Shown in pieces: positions 1 to 8,235 of a stretch of DNA of 32,000 nucleotides. This DNA comes from Candidatus Saccharimonadota bacterium. Its GTDB lineage: Bacteria; Patescibacteriota; Gracilibacteria; BD1-5; UBA6164. The DNA is taken from positions 690,001-722,000 of the forward strand of contig OY782392.1 of the NCBI GenBank assembly GCA_963677765.1, written 5' to 3'. Made by a program: the position numbers and the translations under genes. Within the stretch, counting starts at the first letter, position 1. Every line of letters begins with the position of its first letter. The notes beneath the pieces were generated by a model. It did no database searches, was not told the DNA's origin, and saw nothing but the letters and a program-made list of their open reading frames with translations.

Positions 1-179
1 TTTGCTAATGCTCATTTTAGCTCACCTGACATATTATTAATTGTATTTTTTTCTTCTAAACTAACATCCAAAGATTTATCTAAAGTTTCATTATTATTAG
101 ATTGTCATTCAACGCCAGAAAAATATAAGAAATTTCCATAAAAAAGTATTTTTTTATATTTATTTATAAAATTAAACAT
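1..179 (-). CDS. hypothetical protein, N-terminal fragment (gene continues beyond the left edge)
   Basis: ATG at 179..177. The frame is open to position 1 with TGA=Gly: MFNFINKYKKILFYGNFLYFSGVEGQSNNNETLDKSLDVSLEEKNTINNMSGELKGALA... The N-terminus is hydrophobic. No family recognised. Confidence 0.4.
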
Positions 180-188
180 AGTATAAAA

Positions 189-526
189 TTAAAAATTAAT
201 AAGCTTATCCAAATCCTCCAATTCTTCTTTCCTTTCTTTTTCCTCATCAATTAAATGACTTTTAAGTCTATTTTTTATTGTGGAAATTTTATCAAGATTT
301 TTTTTGTTATCTAAAGAATTTTGATAAACAATTGCTTCCATTATAGTTTTATATATATCATTTATTATATTAACATCTATATTTTTATTAGTTAATATTT
401 TATTATATATATATATTCTATATCATTATTATCTTTTTTTAATTCAAATAATAAATTTAATACTCTCTTAACTTTATTATCATATGAAAGTAAATTAAAT
501 TGATTTATCTTTTTTTCAAAATACAT
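189..526 (-). pseudogene. small hypothetical gene apparently split by a frameshift in an (AT)6 tract
   Basis: ORF a runs from ATG 526..524 to TAA 394..392 (MYFEKKINQFNLLSYDNKVKRVLNLLFELKKDNNDIEYIYIIKY*). ORF b, in another frame, is open from 425 to TAA 191..189 (GYRIYIYNKILTNKNIDVNIINDIYKTIMEAIVYQNSLDNKKNLDKISTIKNRLKSHLIDEEKERKEELEDLDKLINF*). The two frames overlap at the (AT)6 run 405..416. Confidence 0.25.
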
Positions 527-595
527 AATAAATAAATTAATATTATAATATAATATTACCTTATTTATTTTAAAATAACAAAAAATAAAAGATAA

Positions 596-1039
596 TTATT
601 TATTATCTTTTATTTTTATTTCTTTTGTTATTTTGTTTTCTTCTAATCAACTAGGGTTTGCATTTTCAAAAATCAAAATTATATTACTTATATTTATATT
701 TTCTATATCTATTTTAGATGAAAAATTAATATAATCACTAGTCATCCAGTTTTCATTTGTTTTTGCTATATTTTGTGATAATAAATTTTCTCAATCATAT
801 AATTTTACAATGAAACTAGCTTCAAAAAACCATTTTCAAGTTGCACTTCAATTTATATGAATGTTTTTTTCTTCTATAGTTATTTCTCATTTAATTTCTT
901 TTTGATTATCTTCAAACTCTAAAGTATTTTCTTTGTTTTCTAATGTTATATTTTTAGTTTCTTTTATTGGTTTTTGTTCTTTTATTATATAACAAGAACT
1001 CATTGTTAAGCTAATTAATAATATTATTAAGGTTTTCAT
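596..1039 (-). CDS. Gmad2-like immunoglobulin-fold lipoprotein
   Basis: 147-aa ORF checked codon by codon. It has a signal peptide with a lipobox-like MKTLIILLISLTMSSC. The core GSATGKWFFEASFIVKLYDGENLLSQNIAKTNENWMTSDYINF...NANPSGL resembles the Gmad2 Ig-like domain consensus (FEA.F.v.l.d..g..l, W...f.pF, NPSG). Four in-frame TGA codons read as Gly. Confidence 0.65.
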
Positions 1040-1121
1040 AAGTTTTTTTATTTTTTAATATATTAATAATATTTAAATTAAATAAATAACAAAAATTAAA
1101 ATAAAAAACTTGTAAAAACTG

Positions 1122-1170
1122 ATAAACAGTTAATATTTATAGTATAGGATGATAAATATTAACTGTTTAT
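1122..1170. promoter_or_regulatory. perfect 19-bp inverted repeat (11-nt spacer) abutting the gpx start codon; candidate operator or 5' hairpin
   Basis: ataaacagttaatatttat (1122..1140) is the exact reverse complement of ataaatattaactgtttat (1152..1170). The spacer is agtataggatg. The gpx ATG is at 1173. The left arm overlaps a possible TTGTAA ... TAATAT promoter. Confidence 0.45.
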
Positions 1171-1172
1171 TT

Positions 1173-1652
1173 ATGAATGAATTATATAATTTAAAAGCAG
1201 AACTTCCATCGGGAGAATTAGTTAGTCTTGGAAAATATAAAGGGAAGGTAATTCTTATAGCAAATACAGCTAGTAAATGTTGACTTACTTATCAATATCA
1301 ATGATTAGAAGATTTATATAAAAAATATAAAGATGATTGATTAGTTGTTTTATGATTTCCATGTAATCAATTTGCAAATCAAGAACCTTGAGATGATAAT
1401 TCAATAAAACAAAATTGTTTGATTAATTATGGTGTTACATTTCCTGTATTTAAAAAAATAAAGGTTAATTGATATAATACTCATGAAATATTTGATTACT
1501 TAAAAAATAATTCTAATAGCTTTTTCTGAAAAAAAATAAAATGGAATTTTACAAAATTTCTTGTATCTAAAGATTGAAAAACTATTAAAAGATTTGCACC
1601 AATAGTTAAGCCTGAAAAATTAGAGTCACAAATAATTAAGTTTTTGAAATAA
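1173..1652 (+). CDS. gpx: glutathione peroxidase (Cys-type)
   Basis: 159 aa. Motifs seen: VILIANTASKCGLT, LVVLGFPCNQFANQEPG, NYGVTFPVFKKIKVNG and KWNFTKFLV. All eight in-frame TGA codons sit on glycines conserved in GPx proteins. Confidence 0.95.
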
Positions 1653-1695
1653 AAATTATAAATGAATAATTAAAAATATAATATAAAATAAAATA

Positions 1696-2073
1696 ATGAT
1701 CCATATAAACTTTTCAAATAAATGTTCAAAAGATAATAAGTTAATCACAGATATGACAGAAGAAGAATATTATCAATATAGAAGATGTCATGCGATTAAT
1801 ATTCTTAATTGATTTATTTTTTCATCAATTTTACCGATTATTATTATTTTTGTAATTTATTTAAGCTGAGAAATTAAATATTTTATTGAATATCCATATA
1901 TTTCTTGAATTATTTCTATTTTTTTTGTTCCATCTATTTTTTTTATGTTTTGGTATTTTTTTATGTTATTTTTTAATTATAGATCTGGAACTTATCTTTT
2001 AGGTTTTTTATTTTCTTTGATAATTACCTGATTTATATTTGCTACTTTTTGGTGATTTATTCATAGTTTATAA
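1696..2073 (+). CDS. small integral membrane protein, unknown function
   Basis: 125 aa with about three hydrophobic stretches (FIFSSILPIIIIFVIYL, IISIFFVPSIFFMFWYFFMLFF, LLGFLFSLIITGFIFATFWGFI). No family recognised. Confidence 0.55.
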
Positions 2074-2152
2074 AAAAGTATGTTGTTTACTATTTAATTG
2101 ATTTTTATTTAATATTATTTATAATATATATTGTTATAATTAATAAAAATAT

Positions 2153-2794
2153 ATGAATAGTTTAAATATAGAACATTCAGATCATAATAGAGAATGATTA
2201 ACTCCAGTAAAAATAGTTCATTTATTTCAAGTTTTATTTAATAAAGAAGCTACTAAGGTTTTAGATTCAGTAAAAGAATTTTGAGATATAAGTTTTGATT
2301 ATTTACAAAAAAAATGAAAGTCAGGTATTATATTAGATATTGATGAATGTATAGCACCTCATCATTGAAAAATATTAGAAAAAAATGAAAAAATTATAAT
2401 TGATTTATTGATTAAATGATGGGAAATAGTTATTTTTTCAAATATGAAAAAGTCTGATAGATATACAAATTTAGAAGAATTATGAATAAAAGTAGTAACT
2501 TCAAAGTATGCTAAACCAGATAAAAGATGATTTAATGAATGTGTTGATTTAATCTGAAAATCTAGAGAAGAACTTATTATGATTTGAGATAATTTTTTAA
2601 CTGATTGATGATCTATTAGTGCGGGAATTGATTTTATAAAAGTTGAACCAATATTTACTTTAGAAGATAAAGTTTCTTTTTCAAGAACTATTCAAATTTA
2701 TATGAGAAAAATAGTTGATAAAATCGCTGTTATAAGATGAAATATTGATTCAAAAGAAAAGTCTGAAGAAGTATTTAAAGATAGTTTTGTTTAA
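2153..2794 (+). CDS. yqeG: YqeG-family HAD-IIIA phosphatase
   Basis: 213 aa. HAD motif I is ILDIDECIAPHHG, followed by IVIFSN, YAKPDKRGF and MIGDNFLTDGG, in the order typical of the YqeG/GEP4 subfamily. Confidence 0.75.
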
Positions 2795-2806
2795 TAATGT
2801 TTTATA

Positions 2807-2847
2807 AAAAAAGACAACTAATTAATTAGTTGTCTTTTTTGTTTGTT
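2807..2847. terminator. A-tract / GC-poor hairpin / T-tract bidirectional terminator, copy 1 of a 41-bp element present three times
   Basis: aaaaaagacaactaattaattagttgtcttttttgtttgtt has stem gacaactaat/attagttgtc flanked by A6 and T6. It lies 13 nt after the yqeG-like stop. Identical 41-mers are at 5196..5236 and 13678..13718. Confidence 0.75.
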
Positions 2848-2976
2848 GTTTTTTAAAATATTTAAGGTCATAGATATCAAATTTTTTAATTTGGTATTCT
2901 TTTTTTATTGTTCTGTTTTGCTTTAATATTAAAAATATGTTTATATATTAATATATATAATATTAAATTTAATTAT

Positions 2977-5178
2977 ATGCCAATAATAAATTGTGATAAG
3001 TGCAATAAGGAATATGATATAAAAATAGAGTCATTATGAAAAAAATGAAAATGTTCAAATTGTTGAAATGAATTTATTCTAAAATTAGAACATAATAATG
3101 AAAATCATAATAAAAAAAATGATTCAAAAATAAATAATTATATGGATAAATTTAATTTTAAATACAACTTTAAGATTTTTATAAAAAAAGTTATTAAAAT
3201 CATTAAGTGGTTTTTTATCTTTTTTATTTTGTTATTTATAATATTTTTAATAAGTATTTATTTATGAAGTTTAAATTCATACAAACAAACTGATTTTAAT
3301 ATTCCAGATAATTTTTTTAATACTAAATATTGAAATGAGGATCCATATTCTGAAAAAAATTGATTTGAATTATTTATAAAATATATTAATAGATTAGAAT
3401 GAAAATCACTTTATTTTGATGCCCTTAGCAAATGCGTAATAGATAATTATGAAGAATGTGAAAAAATAACTTCAAAGCCTATTGATGATATAAAGATTAG
3501 AGAAATAAGAAAATTTATTATAAATAATAATAGTATAGAAAAAATAGCTTCTAAATATGAATTTAATGATGGTAATATAGATGCTTACAATAGAATAATT
3601 GATTATAATATATCTAATATTAATTATAAAATTAAAGATGAAAATAATTTGGATAAAATATCTTTTGATGAAATAAAACTTAAAGATTTATGAAATATAG
3701 ATTTAGATATTTTAGATTCTTATTTTAAATGATTAGATTACTTTAATAAAAATAAGAATTATATATTAGAAAAAGAATTTAAAGAATTTGAAAGATTTGT
3801 TTATTTAAATGAAAAAACTCAGGATAAAATAAATAATAAAGATTATATTTTACTAACTCCTGAATATTCAGATGAATATAATTGAGAAAATATTTATTGA
3901 GAATGAAAAGAATTAGTATATACACCTTTGATACAATATTCTAGATGAATAAGATATGTTGTGTATAAAAATTTTGAAGAATGAGAATATGATAAATGAG
4001 TGAATATTTTATTAAATTATCAAAAATTTATTGATAATTTGATGAATAAAACTGAAAATTATGTTATAAACACTTTGGTCTACATTACTATTAGTAAAAT
4101 TAATTTGGAGTCAATAGATTACTTTTTAAGTAACTATGATGTACCAGAAAATCAAAAAATTGATATTTTTGATACACTTAATAATGATATTGATGAAGGA
4201 ATAATAGAGAATTCTTTGAAGAAAGAACATTTAATCAATAGAACTATTTTTAAATATTTATACGATTCACGCTTTGATAATAATTGAAATTTAATTTGAT
4301 ATATTATTTCATGAATTAAATATAATTTTTTATTTTCTTTACGTGAAACAGAATTAATTAGTGATATAAAAGCATATAATTTAATAAAGAATAAATGAGA
4401 TATATGAGATTTTGAATGTTGATTTTCATTATATAATTATATTTGAAGAGCTGTTATTTGTAATTATTCTGCTAATTATACTACCCAATTTAATAAAGAA
4501 TTAGACTTAAGAAATTTCAGACAAAGTATACTAAATAAGTTATTAGATAAAAAATACAATAATTTAAATAAAGAAAATAGTTATAAAAATTTTGATAAAT
4601 CTGATACTTTAGAATCTTCTAATAATTTAGAAAATACCATTGAAAAAATAAATTATCACTATTCAAAAGATAAAGATACTATTTATGCTGATTGAGAACC
4701 TATAAAACAAATAGATTTTTGATCTTTTGAAATTATTCATCAACACTATGCAAAGGATAAAAATAATGTTTATACCAGTGGTAAAGTAATAAAATGAGCT
4801 AATCCATCATCATTTGAAGTTATATTTGCATTATATTCAAAGGATGATAAAAATGCTTATTTTGTAGATAGGATAATAGATAATGTAGATATATGAACAT
4901 TAACTGTTATGGATTATTCTCTTTATGCAAAAGATAAAAATAATGTTTATTTTAGATGAGAGTATTTAGAATGAATAGATTGACCTTCATTTGAGTTAAT
5001 TAATAATACCTATTCAAAAGATAAAAATAATATTTATTATGAACATAAATTAATAGAATGATCCGACCCTTGATCATTTGAGTTAATTAATAATATGTAT
5101 TCAAAAGATAAAAATAATTGTTATAAGTTTACAGAAAAAATTCCTATGTCATTTTGTGAAGATAATACTTATCATTAA
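2977..5178 (+). CDS. zinc-ribbon / single-pass membrane / DKNYY-repeat protein
   Basis: 733-aa ORF with no TAA/TAG in frame (checked line by line). The N-terminus has a CxxC...CxxC zinc ribbon (CDKCNKEY...CSNCGNEF), followed by a TM segment (WFFIFFILLFIIFLISIYL). The C-terminus carries at least 5 repeats of Y(S/A)KDKNN(V/I/A)Y...FE(L/V)I, which is DKNYY-family-like. Confidence 0.75.
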
Positions 5179-5179
5179 T

Positions 5180-5247
5180 TAATATTTCAAATACTAAAAA
5201 AGACAACTAATTAATTAGTTGTCTTTTTTGTTTGTTATTTTTTTAAT
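5180..5247. repeat. left copy of a perfect 68-bp direct repeat (candidate att site) bounding the island
   Basis: 5180..5247 is identical to 13662..13729 at a constant offset of 8482. The next 9 nt still match 7 of 9 positions of the tRNA-Pro 3' end (agtcggtga vs ggtcgggga), after which the sequences diverge. Confidence 0.85.
5196..5236. terminator. bidirectional hairpin terminator, copy 2 (inside the left direct repeat)
   Basis: Same 41-mer as 2807..2847. It starts 18 nt after the stop of the 733-aa gene. Confidence 0.7.
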
Positions 5248-5318
5248 AGTCGGTGATAGTGAACAGGATTAGAACTGAGATTGAGGAGTGGAATGGGTAT
5301 ATAAAATTATAAATTTTA
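5241..5318. repeat. imperfect ~80-bp repeat, left copy (partner at 13404..13482)
   Basis: Blocks shared in the same order are ttttaat, gattagaactgagat (5267..5281 = 13430..13444), aggag and tatataaaattataa (5298..5312 = 13463..13477). Small indels separate the blocks. Confidence 0.5.
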
Positions 5319-5452
5319 AAATAAATTAATTTACAGAAATATAAATCTTTTATCTTATAGTTATAATATCAGTTAGCTATTATTATTTTTTCAAAAAAGT
5401 TGAATATTATATCTGATAATGGTAAAAAAATATTTTTTAATTATTTTTTATT

Positions 5453-7228
5453 CTATTCTTTAATACCAAAAATATCTTTAAATAAAAACTTATTATTATT
5501 AATTGAAAATTCATGTGAAATATTTTTTATTTTTATTGTATTATATTCTTGATTTTTTAAAACATGAAACATATCATCAAATATATTTTCAGAACCTCAT
5601 AATTTAAATCTATTTAAATTAAATTGAGCCCAATTTGATACTGCTAAATTCTTATTTTTAATAGAATATCAATATCATTTGGTTTTTATTACGTTTTTAG
5701 ATATTCAAAAAAGATAAACTTTATTAATAGATTTTTCCTTTTTTAGATTAAGTTTTATAGATTGAGCTAATTTTAATAATCAATTTTCTTCTATCCAATT
5801 ATCTACTTTTAAAGCCCATGAATCTAATTTTTCTGCTAAATTACAAGCTCTACTCCTTAATTTTCTTACATCGTTAAAATGATAATCTTGCCATTTAATT
5901 TGAAATAATGCTAAATTACCTGTAACTCTATCAAAAATAACTGCATCAATATCAGTACAGACATTATTTAATGATTTTAGTTTTATATTTCAATCAATAT
6001 TATAGTATTTATTACCTGCAAAAATAGAATATAAATTATTTCTTAACCATTCTTCTCTAAAAGATGAAATATCATTTATAAATTTTGGATTTCTATGTGT
6101 TAAAATATCTATAACAGAAAAAAATGGATTTTCTTCCATGCTAGATATAGGTCTTAATAAAAAACCGTTACCAGAATCTATTAATAATGGTATAAACTTT
6201 GATGTTGATTTTTTTAATAAATTAAGATCTTCAGGTCTCAAAGTAATAGCATTTAAAGCTTCAGTAATTATTTTTTTATCAATATTGTAAAACATTGATA
6301 TTGAATTTATAAGTTCTTCAATTTTCGTAAATAAAGTAAGAGTTTGCCTTACTAAAACTTCAGGGTATTTTTTATGAGCTAGTAATGTACTTTGGGTATG
6401 TTTAAGATGAAAACTAGTAATACTTAGAATAACAAGTTTTATATCTCATCCATTAATATTTCAAATTTTTAATTTATCATGAAATCAAGCTTCTTCACAC
6501 CAATTATTAACAATCTCTAAAGCTTTTAATGAATAATGTTTATCAATTTCTGGAGTGCTATCATATTTTATCATTATTCCTTTTCATGAATCCCAAGGAC
6601 TAATCTGTTTAAGTAAACTTTTTTCAATATTATTTGCATAAAATTTTGAATAATCAAAATCACATGAAATATAAAACATTCATTCTTTATTGGAGAAATC
6701 TTCTAAATTCTCTTTATCTATACGTTCCCATTGATTAAAATATTTATTTTTTTCATCTTTTAATTCTTCTTTCAATTCAAAATATTCTATTCACATTAAC
6801 CTATCAAGATGTTGAGAATTTATATCTATATTTTTATTTTTCTCAAAAATAAATTTATTATTCTCTTTTTTAATTAACACTACATTAGCTTTTACCATAT
6901 CAATAACCCTATTTAACATAACAATAGTTCATAACTTATACAATAAATTAAATGCATATTTAAAAGATTGTTCAGTACTTTCAGAAAAAGGAAAACCTCA
7001 AGCATTAATACCTGAAAATAAGAATGAAGTTGATAAACTCCATCACATTTTTATAATAGAATTAGTTATTTCATCAGTATTAGTAGCAATGCTATGTAAA
7101 TCTAAAACTCTTAATGTTTCTGTAAATATAGTAAATTTTATTAATGAATCTGATGGTAAGCTATCTTCTATTTCAGTTAATAAATTATCTATAATTATTT
7201 CTAATTCTTTACAAATTTCATTGGACAT
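5453..7228 (-). CDS. 591-aa protein of unknown family with a C-terminal PD-(D/E)xK-like motif; last gene of the island operon
   Basis: Single ORF under table 25, with no in-frame TAA/TAG over all 592 codons (verified). The track ORFs 5990..6295 and 7043..7228 are fragments of it. It starts MSNEICKELEIIIDNLL. The candidate nuclease core is CTDIDAVIFDRVTGNLALFQIKWQD. Confidence 0.7.
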
Positions 7229-7251
7229 ATCAATAATTTTAATATTAATGG

Positions 7252-8235
7252 TTAACTACTTTTAATTTCAGTAATAAAATATTTATTTATTTCTTTATCC
7301 CACCTTATAGTATCTTCCAATATATTTATATAAGGGTTAGAAATCATCAAGGGAATATAATTTGGATTTTTAATTTCATCCCTATTAACTATATATAAAA
7401 AATATTTTTCTTTCTTATTCTTTGCTGTTTCCATTTCATTTTGTGTCCAATAAAAATAGGGAATATTTCAAGTATATGACTTTACTTCAATATACCTATA
7501 GTCATTTATTGATTCTTGATTGTCAAATGATAAAATATCATATCAAGCATTACAATCAAATGGAGCAATCCATTGAATTCATTCTTTATTATTTAGTCTT
7601 AAATTTTCATATTTTAATACGTATTCTTCTGCTATTTCTCAATTAATTTGTTGTTTCTCAATATTTTGTTTTAATTCATCAATTCATATTTTCCTTTTTC
7701 TTATTTCTGTAATAAAATATTTATCAAAAAACTTTTTCCATCAAGGATTTATTATTAGTTTCTTATTTGGAAAATCAGGATGTTTTACTAAAAAATTAAA
7801 GTCCAAAAGAAGATTTCTTATATTTGCATACTTTACTCAAAAGGCTGAATAATCAATTTGAATAGTTTTATATATTATATCATATGAACTATATTCTGAT
7901 GTTAGAATACTATAAAATGTTTCGTCTTTATGAAAAGCTAATAAAAAGCCCTCTAATAATTTTTGTTTACATAAAGTTTCACTTATAGCAATATTTCTAT
8001 ATTCTACTCATTGTTCTATTTCTTTTGAATCTTCATTTATGTAAATTATTTTTGATAATTTTAATAGAGGAATACATCAATCAAATATTCATTTATTATC
8101 AATAATCTTATTATAAAAATATCATTTTATATCTTCTTCGGTAAGAAGGTTATCATTATTTCTTAGATGTTGAAAAAGTTCCCAAAAAAATCAGGGAGTT
8201 CATAAATTATTATAATTTTTTAGCTCTTCTAGCAT
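7252..8235 (-). CDS. DUF3883-domain protein (predicted PD-(D/E)xK-fold nuclease domain at the C-terminus)
   Basis: 327 aa, translated codon by codon. The C-terminal GEIAEEYVLKYENLRL...NAGYDILSFDNQESINDYRYIEVKSYTG...WTQNEMETAKNKKEKYFLYIVNR matches the DUF3883 pattern (GYDI ... IEVK ... YyLYvV). The ATG at 8235 overlaps the SNF2 gene 3' end by 26 nt. Confidence 0.7.

Noticed and set aside
1173-1652. Selenocysteine-containing glutathione peroxidase
   Set aside because: The catalytic residue is TGT (Cys). The neighbouring TGA falls on the conserved Gly, and seven further TGA codons in the gene also fall on Gly positions.
5247-5300. A tRNA pseudogene or duplicated tRNA 3' half at the left island boundary
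   Set aside because: Beyond the perfect repeat only agtcggtga resembles the tRNA-Pro acceptor end (7 of 9 positions). I could not fold a T arm from the following sequence (gattagaac is only superficially like GGTTCGAA). It is best described as a few bases of att-site similarity.
5282-5305. Mini-ORFs preceded by Shine-Dalgarno-like GAGGAG/AGGAGG inside the imperfect repeats (atg ggt ata taa at 5292..5303; ttg aat aat ata taa at 13455..13469)
   Set aside because: They are three to four codons long, not conserved between the two copies, and on the strand opposite to the operon. The purine-rich core is more likely part of a DNA or RNA motif than a leader peptide.
5453-7228. Treating 5453..6898 (ATG at 6898) and 7043..7228 as two separate genes
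   Set aside because: The frame is continuous from 7228 to 5453 with only TGA codons in between, and the first upstream stop (TAG) is at 7258..7256. One 591-aa ORF is the simpler reading, although internal initiation at 6898 cannot be excluded.
7422-7646. Track ORF 7422..7646 (+), 74 aa
   Set aside because: It lies antisense inside the DUF3883 gene, whose frame has clear domain similarity. The translation is low-complexity and no start context is present.
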